Notes: generated by a model not told the origin, from the letters alone. DNA of 49,381 bases from Actinomycetota bacterium (GCA_014894375.1 JADBLP010000056.1:1-49381), one strand, 5' to 3'. Positions 10,359 to 20,130 are shown, counted from the first letter of the stretch. Program-made: numbers and translations.

Positions 10359-10990
10359 GGATAGTTTTAATTGGAGCTCCGGGTGCGGGAAAGGGGACTC
10401 AGGCAAAAGTAATTTCTAATAAATTTAATATACCGTGTATTTCGACGGGAGATATTTTAAGAAATGAAATAAATAAAGGGTCTGAGTTAGGAAAAAAGGC
10501 AGTTAAATTTGTTGAGAGCGGGAAATTAGTTCCAGATGAAATAATAATTGAAATAATAAAGAATATGATAAGAAACAGTAGGTCAGAAAATGGGTTTTTA
10601 ATGGATGGTTTTCCGCGGAATTTAAAGCAGGCAAAAATGTTTTCAAGTACACTGGTTCATCTGGGGATAAAGTTGGATAAAGTAATAAATATAGTTGTTG
10701 GTAAAGATGAGGTTATTGGCAGACTCAGCAAGAGAGGAACCTGCAAGGTGTGTAAAAGTGTATTCAGTATTAATAATAACAATGAAAACTTTATAAAGTG
10801 TCCAGAATGTGGAGGAGATTTACTAAAAAGAAAAGATGATGATGTGGAGGTTATTAAGCACAGGATGGAAGTGTACGAATCTGAAACCATACCACTTATT
10901 AATTTTTATGCTGATAAAGGACTGCTGGTAAATATCGATGGTTCCGGAGAAGAGAAAGAAATAACCGAAAGGATATTAAAATTTCTATGA
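10355..10990 (+). CDS. adk: adenylate kinase (zinc-lid type)
   Basis: MRIVLIGAPGAGKGTQA P-loop. Lid CKVC...CPEC. ATGA overlap with secY. Confidence 0.96.
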   Translation: MRIVLIGAPGAGKGTQAKVISNKFNIPCISTGDILRNEINKGSELGKKAVKFVESGKLVPDEIIIEIIKNMIRNSRSENGFLMDGFPRNLKQAKMFSSTLVHLGIKLDKVINIVVGKDEVIGRLSKRGTCKVCKSVFSINNNNENFIKCPECGGDLLKRKDDDVEVIKHRMEVYESETIPLINFYADKGLLVNIDGSGEEKEITERILKFL

Positions 10991-11751
10991 TAATATGCAA
11001 ATCGGCGGATGAAATCAGATTAATGCGGGAGGCTGGCAGGATTGTAGCTAAAGTTTTTTTAAAAATAGAAGAAATTATAAAGCCTGGTATCACTACTGGT
11101 TATATAGATAAGATTGCCGAAGAGGTTATAACCGGTGAAAAGGCTGTTCCTGCTTTTAAGGGTTATGTAGGGAAGGTTGGCAAAAAACCCTTTCCCAATA
11201 GTGCCTGTATATCAATTGATGAACAAGTGGTTCATGGTATTCCAGGCAAGAGAGTTATAAAGGACGGAGAACTTGTCTCTATAGATATTGGAGTTAAAAT
11301 AAATGGTTTTTATGGAGATGCTACACGGACTTATAAAGTTGGAAATGTAAGTAAGATTGCTGAAAGGCTATGGAATGCTACCAAAGAGGCACTTGATAAA
11401 AGTATAGAGCTGTGCGTCGTTGGAAATAGACTGTCAGATATCTCAAGTGTAATTGAAAACAGAGCCATGATGGATGGTTTTTCAGTGGTTAAAGATTTTG
11501 TAGGTCATGGAATTGGTAGAGAAATGCATGAGGACCCCCAGATATTAAACTACGGGCCTCCTGGACAGGGACCGGTTCTAAAGCAGGGTATGGTTTTAGC
11601 CATAGAGCCTATGTTTAATCAGGGCAGTAGTGATGTTGAAATATTAAGTGATCTGTGGACTGTTGTGACAATGGACAGTAAGCTTTCCTGTCACTTTGAG
11701 GATACGGTAGCGGTATTGGAAAATGGTCCTTTGATATTAACCAGAATTTAA
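10987..11751 (+). CDS. map: type I methionine aminopeptidase
   Basis: 254-aa ORF with metal-ligand context DIGVKINGFYGD, GHGIGREMHEDP, LAIEPM. ATGA overlap with adk. Confidence 0.95.
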   Translation: MIICKSADEIRLMREAGRIVAKVFLKIEEIIKPGITTGYIDKIAEEVITGEKAVPAFKGYVGKVGKKPFPNSACISIDEQVVHGIPGKRVIKDGELVSIDIGVKINGFYGDATRTYKVGNVSKIAERLWNATKEALDKSIELCVVGNRLSDISSVIENRAMMDGFSVVKDFVGHGIGREMHEDPQILNYGPPGQGPVLKQGMVLAIEPMFNQGSSDVEILSDLWTVVTMDSKLSCHFEDTVAVLENGPLILTRI

Positions 11752-11789
11752 TAGCAGTAGTAAAATATTGTGGACATACTAAAAGTTTT

Positions 11790-11817
11790 TTGATAACCTA
11801 CGTATTTGCGTTATTTT
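11790..11817 (+). promoter_or_regulatory. candidate sigma-70-type promoter upstream of infA (TTGATA-16 nt-TATTTT)
   Basis: TTGATA at 11790-11795 and TATTTT at 11812-11817 in the map-infA spacer. Pattern match only, in an AT-rich background. Confidence 0.3.
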
Positions 11818-11849
11818 TAAATTGAAAATATTAGCACGGGGGTTTAAAG

Positions 11850-12071
11850 ATTTCAAAAAAAGAAGGCATAATAGAAGCCGAGGGAACTATTTTAGAAGCA
11901 CTTCCTAATGCTATGTTCAGGGTAGAGCTTGATAATGGTCATAAGGTATTGGCGCATATTTCAGGTAAAATGAGAATGCATTATATAAAAATTTTACCTG
12001 GTGATAAAGTTAAAGTCGAAATATCACCTTATGATCTAAATAGAGGAAGAATTACTTTTAGAAAAAAGTAA
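11850..12071 (+). CDS. infA: translation initiation factor IF-1 (apparent ATT start)
   Basis: Not in the ORF track. The frame is open from 11835 and reads [73 protein letters not shown]. No ATG/GTG/TTG lies upstream of the core. ATT 11850 aligns with the canonical Met and lies 7 nt after GGGGG. Confidence 0.85.
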   Translation: MSKKEGIIEAEGTILEALPNAMFRVELDNGHKVLAHISGKMRMHYIKILPGDKVKVEISPYDLNRGRITFRKK

Positions 12072-12138
12072 TTATATTTAAAATTTGTATTTTAAGGTTT
12101 GAATGATGGGAAGAAGATGACGGAAAGAAGGAATAAGA

Positions 12139-12252
12139 ATGAAAGTTAAACCATCAGTTAAAAAAATATGTAAAAGCTGTAAGGTTATAAAAAGAGAAGG
12201 AAAAGTTATTATTATTTGTAAAAATCCCCGTCATAAGCAGAGGCAGGGTTAA
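12139..12252 (+). CDS. rpmJ: 50S ribosomal protein L36 (zinc-binding form)
   Basis: Below the track size cut-off. [37 protein letters not shown] (37 aa, C-x2-C-x12-C-x4-H). GAAGGAA SD upstream. Canonical infA-rpmJ-rpsM order. Confidence 0.93.
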   Translation: MKVKPSVKKICKSCKVIKREGKVIIICKNPRHKQRQG

Positions 12253-12264
12253 GGAGGTTTCCAG

Positions 12265-12639
12265 TTGGTAAGAATTTCAGGTGTTGATATACCAAATGAT
12301 AAGCACATTTGCATAGCTCTGACTTACATTTTTGGCATTGGCAGGTCAGCGGCAGAAGTAATGCTGGACAAACTAAATATTAATAAAAGTATAAAGGCTA
12401 AAGATCTCAGTGAAGATGAACTAGTCAAGATAAGAGAATATATAGAAAAGAACTACACTATTGAGGGAGATCTTAGAAGAGAAGTAAGCCAGAATATAAA
12501 AAGACTAATCGAGATAAACTCTTACAGGGGCATCAGGCATAAAAGAGGATTGCCGGTTAGGGGTCAGAGGACTCACACAAATGCCAGGACCAGGAAAGGT
12601 AAGAGAAGAAGTGTTGGTATAAAGAAAAGTCAGTCATAA
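12265..12639 (+). CDS. rpsM: 30S ribosomal protein S13
   Basis: 124-aa ORF, TTG start after [19 protein letters not shown]...[24 protein letters not shown]. Confidence 0.96.
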   Translation: MVRISGVDIPNDKHICIALTYIFGIGRSAAEVMLDKLNINKSIKAKDLSEDELVKIREYIEKNYTIEGDLRREVSQNIKRLIEINSYRGIRHKRGLPVRGQRTHTNARTRKGKRRSVGIKKSQS

Positions 12640-12660
12640 TAAAAATTTCAGGAGGTAAAT

Positions 12661-13059
12661 TTGGTTAAAAAAACTACCAGTAAAAGAAGAGTAAAAAGTA
12701 AAGAAAGAAAAAATATACCTTACGGGATTGCACATATTCAGTCTACTTTTAATAATACTATTGTGAATATAACTGACTTGAATGGTAATACTATTGCCTG
12801 GGGTAGTGCTGGAGGACAGGGTTTCAAAGGTTCCAGAAAAAGTACTCCGTTTGCTGCTCAAATAACTGCAACTGCAGTGGCTAGAAATGCTAGGGAGCAT
12901 GGAGTTACTAGAGTAGATGTGAGAGTTAAGGGTGTTGGGTCTGGCAGGGAAACTGCTGTAAGGTCTCTTCAGGCAGCTGGACTGGAAATTGGTGATATAA
13001 TTGATGTAACGCCGGTACCTCATAACGGCTGCAGGCAACCTAAGAGGAGAAGAGTTTAA
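12661..13059 (+). CDS. rpsK: 30S ribosomal protein S11
   Basis: 132-aa ORF, TTG start after [28 protein letters not shown]...[17 protein letters not shown]. Confidence 0.96.
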   Translation: MVKKTTSKRRVKSKERKNIPYGIAHIQSTFNNTIVNITDLNGNTIAWGSAGGQGFKGSRKSTPFAAQITATAVARNAREHGVTRVDVRVKGVGSGRETAVRSLQAAGLEIGDIIDVTPVPHNGCRQPKRRRV

Positions 13060-13087
13060 AAAAGTTTAAAATAAGGAGTTATAATAA

Positions 13088-13714
13088 ATGGCAGTAGCTA
13101 AAGGGCCTGCCTGCAAACAGTGCAGGAGAGAAAGAGTAAAGTTATTTTTAAAAGGACAGAGATGTTTTTCTGATAAGTGTGTATTGGAAAAAAAGCCTTA
13201 CGCTCCTGGGCAGAGAGCTAAGAGAAGACTTATGGAAACTGATTATTGCGTACAGCTAAGAGAAAAACAAAAAGCTAAGAGATATTACGGGGTATGGGAG
13301 AGGCAATTTAAAAATTATTACAAAAAAGCAGTGAAGAGAAAAGGAGTTACTGGAGAAATATTACTCCAGTTACTGGAGACCAGGCTTGATAATATTGTTT
13401 ATGTTATGGGTTTTGCTGCATCCAGAGTTCAGGCCAGGCAGTTAATTAACCACGGGCATATTCAAGTTAACGGCAGGAAAGTTGATAAACCTTCATATCA
13501 GTTAAAAGAAGGACAGGAAATAAGCGTTGCCGAGTCCAGTAAGGAAATAATTCCAATAATGGAGGCAAAAGAAAGCGGAGGAAGTCTAACTATGCCCGAA
13601 TGGTTAGAAGTAGATCTGGATAATCTTAAAGGAAAGCTGTTAAGATATCCGGAGCGGGACGAAATAAGAGTTCCTGCTAATGAACAAATAATAGTAGAGC
13701 TTTATTCTAAGTAG
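13088..13714 (+). CDS. rpsD: 30S ribosomal protein S4 (N-terminal Cys4 form)
   Basis: 208-aa ORF with CKQCRRERVKLFLKGQRCFSDKC and an S4 RNA-binding domain (LETRLDNIVY...ARQLINHGHIQVNG). Confidence 0.96.
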   Translation: MAVAKGPACKQCRRERVKLFLKGQRCFSDKCVLEKKPYAPGQRAKRRLMETDYCVQLREKQKAKRYYGVWERQFKNYYKKAVKRKGVTGEILLQLLETRLDNIVYVMGFAASRVQARQLINHGHIQVNGRKVDKPSYQLKEGQEISVAESSKEIIPIMEAKESGGSLTMPEWLEVDLDNLKGKLLRYPERDEIRVPANEQIIVELYSK

Positions 13715-13761
13715 TTTAAATATTCATTTGAGTATTCTTTTCTTTAGGAGGTAGATATAAA

Positions 13762-14697
13762 TTGTTAAAAATGCATAAGCCCAATGTGAGTATTAAGCAT
13801 AAAGATGATTTTTCTGGCGAGTTTATTATTGAGCCATTAGAAAGAGGTTTTGGGCACACTTTAGGTAATTCGATTAGGAGAGTTCTACTTTCATCTATAG
13901 AAGGAGTGGGGATTACAAGGATCAGGGTAGAAGACATCATGCATGAATTTTCAACTTTAGATGGAATGAAAGAAGATATGATAGAATTCATCACTAATCT
14001 TAAAGGAGTTGTTTTTAGAATGGAAAGTGATGTGCCGGTATTGTTGAAACTTGAAAAGAAAGGTCCTGGAACTGTAAAGGCTTCAGCTATAAAACTATCT
14101 TCTGATGTGGAGATAGTAAATCCGGATGCATATATTTGCACCCTGACCAAAAAAGGGAAACTAAATGCAGAGATAAGGATTGAAAAAAATAAAGGATATA
14201 AAAATGCAGAAGAAAATGTCGTAGAGGGAGAACCTCTTGGAGTGATACCTATTGATACTATATTTTCACCGGTAAGATTGGTTCGGTTTAAAGTTGAAAA
14301 TACAAGAGTTGGTCAAATGACTAACTTTGATAGGCTTTCTATAAATATAAAAACTAATGGCAGCGTTAAACCGGAGGATGCTTTAAGCCAGGCATCTAAA
14401 GTTATTAATGATTATATGGCGCTTCTAATAGATTTATCCGACAAAGAAAGCAAAGGCGAACCCATATTTGAAGAAATTGAAGAAGAAGACAAAAAACAAG
14501 AATATCCTTCTATAGAAGAATTGGAGCTTTCAGTAAGAGCATATAATTGTCTTAAGAGGGAAGGAATTGATTCCGTAGAAAAGTTACTGGAATATAGTGA
14601 GGATGAGCTTCTTGATATTAGAAATTTTGGACAGAAATCTATTCAGGAAGTAAAAGATAAAATAAAAGAACTGGGATTATCCTTTAAGCAAAAATAG
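13762..14697 (+). CDS. rpoA: DNA-directed RNA polymerase subunit alpha
   Basis: 311-aa ORF with FIIEPLERGFGHTLGNSIRRVLLSS and C-terminal ELELSVRAYNCLKREGI (alpha-CTD). TTG 13762 lies 10 nt after AGGAGG; ATG 13771 is the alternative. Confidence 0.95.
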   Translation: MLKMHKPNVSIKHKDDFSGEFIIEPLERGFGHTLGNSIRRVLLSSIEGVGITRIRVEDIMHEFSTLDGMKEDMIEFITNLKGVVFRMESDVPVLLKLEKKGPGTVKASAIKLSSDVEIVNPDAYICTLTKKGKLNAEIRIEKNKGYKNAEENVVEGEPLGVIPIDTIFSPVRLVRFKVENTRVGQMTNFDRLSINIKTNGSVKPEDALSQASKVINDYMALLIDLSDKESKGEPIFEEIEEEDKKQEYPSIEELELSVRAYNCLKREGIDSVEKLLEYSEDELLDIRNFGQKSIQEVKDKIKELGLSFKQK

Positions 14698-14716
14698 TGA
14701 GCGGGAGAAGTAGAAT

Positions 14717-15073
14717 ATGGTAATACCTAAAAAAGGTAGGAGACTCGGCGGGAGCAGCAGTATCCAAAAAGCAATTATGAGAAATTTAGCCATTTCATTA
14801 TTTAAAAATGGAAAGATTAAAACCACGGTGACAAAAGCTAAATATGTAAGAAGTTTTGTGGATAAATTAATAACCATAGCTAAAAAGGATAACCTGGCAG
14901 CTAGAAGAAATTGTATTAGACTACTGAGCAATACTGAAGCAGTACAGAAATTATTTAATGAAATAGCTCCAGGGATGTATCAGAGATCCAGCGGATTTAC
15001 CAGGATTGTTAAGTATAAAAACAGACCTGGAGATGGAGCTCAATTGGTAATAATGGAGCTTCTGGTAAAATAA
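14717..15073 (+). CDS. rplQ: 50S ribosomal protein L17
   Basis: 118-aa ORF with KTTVTKAKYVRSFVDKLIT.AK and GFTRIVKYKNRPGDGA. Follows rpoA as expected. Confidence 0.95.
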   Translation: MVIPKKGRRLGGSSSIQKAIMRNLAISLFKNGKIKTTVTKAKYVRSFVDKLITIAKKDNLAARRNCIRLLSNTEAVQKLFNEIAPGMYQRSSGFTRIVKYKNRPGDGAQLVIMELLVK

Positions 15074-15121
15074 AAATAAAAATTGATGTTATTTTGAAAA
15101 TTATAAATTATATGGCATAAG

Positions 15122-15871
15122 ATGATGAATAACTACATGGCTGTAGTGGAATATGACGGAACTAATTATAACGGATTTCAAATACAGCCAGGTGGGACTA
15201 ATACTATTCAGGGAGAGCTGGCGGCAGTTCTTTCAAAAGTTTTAAATGAAAAAGTAGATTTTAAATACGCTGGAAGAACTGATACCGGGGTTCATGCCAC
15301 TTGTCAGGTAATAAATTTTAAAACTGGCAAAGATTTAGATATTTACAGAATTTTGTGGTCTTTAAATAGTTTACTCCCGGATGATATAGTTATTAAAAAA
15401 ATAGAAAAGGTCAGCCATTCTTTTGATGCCAGAAGGGATGCGTGCTTGAGAGAATATAGCTATTTTGTAGTAAACAAAAAAAACCAGAGCGTTTTTTTGA
15501 AAAAGTACAGTATTCTTGTAACCAGAGAACTAGACATAAGGTTAATGAGAAAAGCTGCCAGGATGTTTTTAGGAGCAAAAGATTTTGCTTCTTTTTGTAA
15601 TCCTGATTGTCTGGGCGGTAACACTGTAAGGGAGATAAAAAGGTTTACAATAGAAAAAACTAAAGATGATTTAGTAATTTTTAAAATAGCAGCAAATTCT
15701 TTTTTATATAATATGGTTAGAATTATAATAGGAACTGTACTTGAAATAGGAAGCGGCCAGAGAGAACTGGGGAGCATAAGTGAAGCTCTAATGAAAAGAG
15801 ACAGAAAGTTGGCCGGGAAAATAATTCCCGCAAAGGGCCTTTTTCTTACAGTAGTCGAGTATTTTAGGTGA
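15122..15871 (+). CDS. truA: tRNA pseudouridine(38-40) synthase
   Basis: 249-aa [17 protein letters not shown]...[10 protein letters not shown] (catalytic Asp context)...[10 protein letters not shown]. Confidence 0.93.
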   Translation: MMNNYMAVVEYDGTNYNGFQIQPGGTNTIQGELAAVLSKVLNEKVDFKYAGRTDTGVHATCQVINFKTGKDLDIYRILWSLNSLLPDDIVIKKIEKVSHSFDARRDACLREYSYFVVNKKNQSVFLKKYSILVTRELDIRLMRKAARMFLGAKDFASFCNPDCLGGNTVREIKRFTIEKTKDDLVIFKIAANSFLYNMVRIIIGTVLEIGSGQRELGSISEALMKRDRKLAGKIIPAKGLFLTVVEYFR

Positions 15872-15882
15872 TTGGAGAAGTT

Positions 15883-16326
15883 ATGGTAAATGTTGGGCTC
15901 AAAACATTTAGTTTAAAAAAAGAAGAAATTAAAAGAAAATGGTTTCTTGTCGATGCAAAGGATAAAAATCTGGGACGGTTATGTACAGAAATAGCTAAGA
16001 TTTTAAGGGGCAAGAATAAACCAACTTTTACACCACATTTAGATTGTGGTGATTTTGTAATTGTTATAAATGCAGATAAGATAAAGGTTACCGGGAACAA
16101 GCTGGAAGGTAAGAAATATTACAGGCATTCCGGATATGTGGGCAATCTAAAGGTTACCAACCTGGGGAAAATGATGGAAAAATCGCCGGAGTTTGTTATA
16201 AGAAATGCAGTAAAGGGAATGATACCACATAATATTCTGGGTAGGCAAATACTAAAGAAATTAAAAATATATAAGGGTGAAAATAATCCGCATAGTGCGC
16301 AAAAACCTGAAAAAATTGATTTATAA
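15883..16326 (+). CDS. rplM: 50S ribosomal protein L13
   Basis: [33 protein letters not shown]... ATG 15883 follows GGAGAAG SD. The track's GTG 15868 overlaps the truA stop. Confidence 0.95.
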   Translation: MVNVGLKTFSLKKEEIKRKWFLVDAKDKNLGRLCTEIAKILRGKNKPTFTPHLDCGDFVIVINADKIKVTGNKLEGKKYYRHSGYVGNLKVTNLGKMMEKSPEFVIRNAVKGMIPHNILGRQILKKLKIYKGENNPHSAQKPEKIDL

Positions 16327-16340
16327 AAAGGAGAATTAAT

Positions 16341-16736
16341 TTGGCAAACCAGGTAGTTTATAGTGCAACGGGAAAGAGAAAGCAATCGATAGCCAGAGTA
16401 AGATTATTTCCTGGAGAAGGAAAGATTATGGTTAATTCAAGAGACTTTAAAGAGTATTTTAAAAGAGAGTCTCTCATAACTATTATTTTGGAACCTTTCA
16501 GACTTACCAATACCGAAAATGCGTATGACATTATTGCAGATTTATCAGGAGGTGGAATATCAGGGCAGGCAGGAGCATTACGTCATAGCATTTCAAAAGC
16601 GCTACTGGAAATTAATAAAGAATACAGGCCAATACTTAAAAGAGAGGGTTTTTTAACCCGGGATTCCAGGGTTAAAGAGAGGAAAAAGTACGGTCTCAAA
16701 AAAGCCAGGAAAAGGCCTCAGTTTTCTAAAAGATAG
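16341..16736 (+). CDS. rpsI: 30S ribosomal protein S9
   Basis: 131-aa ORF, TTG start after [26 protein letters not shown]...[17 protein letters not shown]...LTRDSR.KERKKYG.KKARK..QFSKR. Confidence 0.96.
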   Translation: MANQVVYSATGKRKQSIARVRLFPGEGKIMVNSRDFKEYFKRESLITIILEPFRLTNTENAYDIIADLSGGGISGQAGALRHSISKALLEINKEYRPILKREGFLTRDSRVKERKKYGLKKARKRPQFSKR

Positions 16737-16749
16737 TTATCTTTTCTTA

Positions 16750-17790
16750 ATGAGTTATCCTTGTTTAAAAATATATCTGGAGAAAATCTCCCATAATAGC
16801 AGGATTATTAATGGCTGGTGTGCTAACCTGGGTATATCGGTTGTTGGTGTTACTAAGTGTGTTTTGGGGGATATAAAAATAGCAGCAGCGATGAAAAATT
16901 CTGGAGTTAATATATTTGGAGATAGCCGGCTGGAAAACCTTAGGAAATTAAGAAATTTTTATGGGAAGGGACAGCAACTTATGATGCTTAGAAGTCCTAT
17001 GCCAAGTGAAATTGGAGAGTTAGTTGAAATTTGTGATATTAGCTTGAATACCCAGTTGGAAGTGGTAAGAGTAATAGCGGAGATCTGCCAGGAGAAAAAA
17101 ATAAAACACCGTATAATAGTTATGGTTGAAACAGATGACCAGAGAGAAGGGCTGTTTCCAGTGGATGTAGTGGATTTTTGCAGGCAGGTTGTAGATAACT
17201 ACAGGTCTGTTGAATTGTATGGCCTGGGGACTAATGCAAGATGTGTTACCAGAAATGGTCCTTCTCCAGAAAGTTTAAATGTTCTTAAAGATTTATGGGA
17301 AGAGGTTATGAAAGTTACTGGCAGGAGCATGCCGATTATTTCAGGTGGAAACTCAAGTGTCTGGAATTTAATTGAAAAAGGCACAATTCCCGGGGGGATT
17401 AATCAGGTGAGAATAGGGGAGGCTATACTTCTGGGGCATGATACGGTAAATTATAAGCCTATTAAGGGAGCTTTTTCCGATTCTTTTCTTCTTGAGGCAG
17501 AGATAATAGAGGTAAAAAGAAAAGATGATAAAGTGTATAAAGTTATTTTAGCTTTAGGGCTCCAGGATGTCGATAGTAAGAATATTTATTGCTGTAGTCC
17601 TGGTTTATATATTATAGGTCAAAGCAGTGACCATACTATTTTAGGGATAGAAGAAGATAAATTTAAGAAATCCAGGTATGGTTATTTAAATTTGGAAGCT
17701 GGCGGTATAATTTCTTTTAATCTTGATTATTTTGGTCTGTTATCCTGTATGACCTCTCCTTTTATTAAGAAGAGTTATATAGAAGGATAG
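16750..17790 (+). CDS. alanine/ornithine racemase-family PLP enzyme (YhfX/Orr-like predicted amino-acid racemase)
   Basis: 346-aa ORF starting 13 nt after the rpsI stop. The N-terminal VVGVTK motif resembles the PLP-lysine context of alanine-racemase-fold (COG3457-like) proteins. Family assignment is from memory of homologues, not a search. Confidence 0.65.
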   Translation: MSYPCLKIYLEKISHNSRIINGWCANLGISVVGVTKCVLGDIKIAAAMKNSGVNIFGDSRLENLRKLRNFYGKGQQLMMLRSPMPSEIGELVEICDISLNTQLEVVRVIAEICQEKKIKHRIIVMVETDDQREGLFPVDVVDFCRQVVDNYRSVELYGLGTNARCVTRNGPSPESLNVLKDLWEEVMKVTGRSMPIISGGNSSVWNLIEKGTIPGGINQVRIGEAILLGHDTVNYKPIKGAFSDSFLLEAEIIEVKRKDDKVYKVILALGLQDVDSKNIYCCSPGLYIIGQSSDHTILGIEEDKFKKSRYGYLNLEAGGIISFNLDYFGLLSCMTSPFIKKSYIEG

Positions 17791-17886
17791 GGTATGAAAG
17801 ATCTTAAGAATCTATTTGATACATAATTTGAAAATTTAATGAGTTTTTCAATTAACAATTCTGATTTATCCATTTTTTAAAGCTTC

Positions 17887-17895
17887 TGTTATAAT
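17887..17895 (+). promoter_or_regulatory. candidate extended -10 promoter (TGtTATAAT) for acpS
   Basis: TGTTATAAT at 17887-17895 in the 200-nt spacer, about 100 nt upstream of the acpS ATG. No good -35 element. Confidence 0.35.
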
Positions 17896-17992
17896 ATTCA
17901 ATTATATTCTTATTATATAGCTAAAAACCTTAAGCAGAAATGTGGATCAGCCGAGAAATCTTGCAAAAAGTTTTACAGTGGAGTGAAAACTT

Positions 17993-18373
17993 ATGGAAAT
18001 ATTTGGAATTGGGATTGATATAATAGAAGTAGAAAGAATCAAGTCAGCCATTAAGAACAATTCAGGATTCTTGAGCAGAGTTTATACTGAAAATGAAATA
18101 GATTACTGCAGAAAAAAAAATAAGGGTAAATATTCAAGTTTTGCTGCCCGTTTTGCTGCAAAAGAAGCAGTTGCAAAGTCATTGGCTGAAGGGGTCAGCA
18201 AGAATATATCTCTAAATGAAATTGAACTGACAAATATGGATACTGGAGCTCCTTTTATAAAATTATACGGAAAAACTTATAATTTCAGCAAGAAACTTAG
18301 AATTAAAGAGATAAAAATATCAGTTTCCGCAACAGAAAATTTTGCAGTAGCCTATGCGATAGCAATTATATAA
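17993..18373 (+). CDS. acpS: holo-[acyl-carrier-protein] synthase
   Basis: 126-aa ORF MEIFGIGIDIIEVERI...FAAKEAV.K. with typical AcpS size and motifs. Confidence 0.92.
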   Translation: MEIFGIGIDIIEVERIKSAIKNNSGFLSRVYTENEIDYCRKKNKGKYSSFAARFAAKEAVAKSLAEGVSKNISLNEIELTNMDTGAPFIKLYGKTYNFSKKLRIKEIKISVSATENFAVAYAIAII

Positions 18374-18481
18374 TTTAAAATTACCAAAAAGTTAATTTTT
18401 TTATTAAAATTATAAACAACAGTACTTTTTGTTATATTAAATAATTTAATATAGGTAGAATTAAGTGTGGTCTGGTGAGAA

Positions 18482-20086
18482 ATGAAATTAAATAGAATTC
18501 TAAAAGGGAGCAGAATAGCAGAGATTGATAGCAAGGCTATAAGCGGTGGAATTGATTCAAAATTGCTTATGAAGAATGCCGGCAGTGGAATATCTAAGGA
18601 AATCACAGGTGATTTTGAAAATAAGAAGCTCAAGAGAGCTGCCCGTGGTCTGGTTGTCTGCGGAAGCGGGAATAATGGTGGCGACGGATTTGTAGCGGCT
18701 AAAGACTTAACAAACTACGGAATGAGAGTGATTGTATTTCATATATCTACGGTGGAGGAATTTAGCCCTGACAGCTTATTTTATTTTAAGGAACTTAAAG
18801 AGGCTGAAAATAGTGATGTATATTATTTAAATCTGGAAGATAAAAAAATAAGTTCTTTATTTAAAGAAGAGTTAGAAAAAGCTGACTTTGTTTTAGATGC
18901 CATATTTGGAACAGGCCTGCACGCAAAGGATGTTTACGGACCTGCAAATGAAATAATTGAAAGCATAAATTCCGCTAAAGAGAAGAACAGAAACCTGGAA
19001 ATTTATTCTGTTGATATTCCCTCGGGTGTGGATTCTGATAATGGAAAAATTTTAGGAACAGCGGTACGGGCAGATAAAACAATAACCTTTGGCTGCAAGA
19101 AGATAGGGCTGGTTAATTATCCCGGAGCAGATTTTGCAGGGAAGATTAAAGTTATTGATATAGGCATTCCAGAAAAATATTACTCTGAATATGAGCAGAT
19201 TTTTGAACCTGATTTCCAGTGGGTAGCCAGAAATATTCCCGTAAAAGAATCATGGACGTATAAATATAAAGTTGGAAACCTGCTGGTAATAGCAGGTTCT
19301 GCAGGGTTTACCGGGGCAGCTTCAATGACCTGTATGGGTGCCTTGAGATCCGGGGCTGGGATGGTGACCCTTGTTTGTCCCTGGGAGTTAAATAGCATCT
19401 TCGAGGAAAAATTAACAGAAGTAATTACTTATCCAGTTGAACAAACAGAAGATATTTCTTTACACATAAATAGTCTAAATGAAATATTAGATTTAAGCGA
19501 TAGATTTAGTGCACTGGCAATAGGTCCTGGACTCTCAAGGAATTCAAGTACAATGTGCCTGGTAAGGGAACTGTTAAAAAATATAAAAAAACCGGTAGTG
19601 CTGGATGCTGATGGCCTGCATGCACTTTACGGACCGAGAGATGTTGAGAGTATAAAAAATCTTGACCTGACAAATGTTATAATAACACCTCATGCCGGAG
19701 AATTGTCAATAATAATGGGTTTAGGCATGGTCCCTTTAGAAGACAGGATTAAAATAAATCTGGAAGTTGCTGGAAAATATAAATTAATATCTGTACTTAA
19801 AGGAGCTAGAACTGTAATTTCTGATTATAAGGGTACGACCTTTATTAATCCTACCGGTAACTGGGGGATGGCATCAGCAGGTACGGGTGATATACTAACA
19901 GGTATTATTGGCTCACTTCTTTGCCAGGGAATGGGTCTTATGGAAAGTGCCGTATGCGGAGTCTTTATCCATGGACTGGCAGCGGATATTATGGTAAAAG
20001 AAACCAGCAGGACTTCTCTTATCGCAACGGATCTCCTGGAGGGTATAAAGAGGGTTTTTTTAGAAATAGAAAAAATTAAATATTAA
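18482..20086 (+). CDS. nnr: bifunctional NAD(P)H-hydrate epimerase / ADP-dependent dehydratase
   Basis: 534-aa ORF. N-terminal YjeF_N domain (CGSGNNGGDGFVAA), C-terminal carbohydrate-kinase-like domain (GPGL...PHAGE...GTGDILTG). Confidence 0.9.
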   Translation: MKLNRILKGSRIAEIDSKAISGGIDSKLLMKNAGSGISKEITGDFENKKLKRAARGLVVCGSGNNGGDGFVAAKDLTNYGMRVIVFHISTVEEFSPDSLFYFKELKEAENSDVYYLNLEDKKISSLFKEELEKADFVLDAIFGTGLHAKDVYGPANEIIESINSAKEKNRNLEIYSVDIPSGVDSDNGKILGTAVRADKTITFGCKKIGLVNYPGADFAGKIKVIDIGIPEKYYSEYEQIFEPDFQWVARNIPVKESWTYKYKVGNLLVIAGSAGFTGAASMTCMGALRSGAGMVTLVCPWELNSIFEEKLTEVITYPVEQTEDISLHINSLNEILDLSDRFSALAIGPGLSRNSSTMCLVRELLKNIKKPVVLDADGLHALYGPRDVESIKNLDLTNVIITPHAGELSIIMGLGMVPLEDRIKINLEVAGKYKLISVLKGARTVISDYKGTTFINPTGNWGMASAGTGDILTGIIGSLLCQGMGLMESAVCGVFIHGLAADIMVKETSRTSLIATDLLEGIKRVFLEIEKIKY

Positions 20087-20130
20087 AAAATATTTAAGAT
20101 TAACAATATTAAATATGATGGGAGCTTAGA

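Noticed and set aside
17968-17995. Hairpin AAGTTTT-(11 nt loop containing the GGAG SD)-AAAACTT immediately before the acpS ATG, as a possible translational control element.
   Set aside because: The stem is 7 bp and almost all A-U, so stability is marginal. The SD sits in the loop and is not sequestered. Such stems arise easily by chance in AT-rich sequence.
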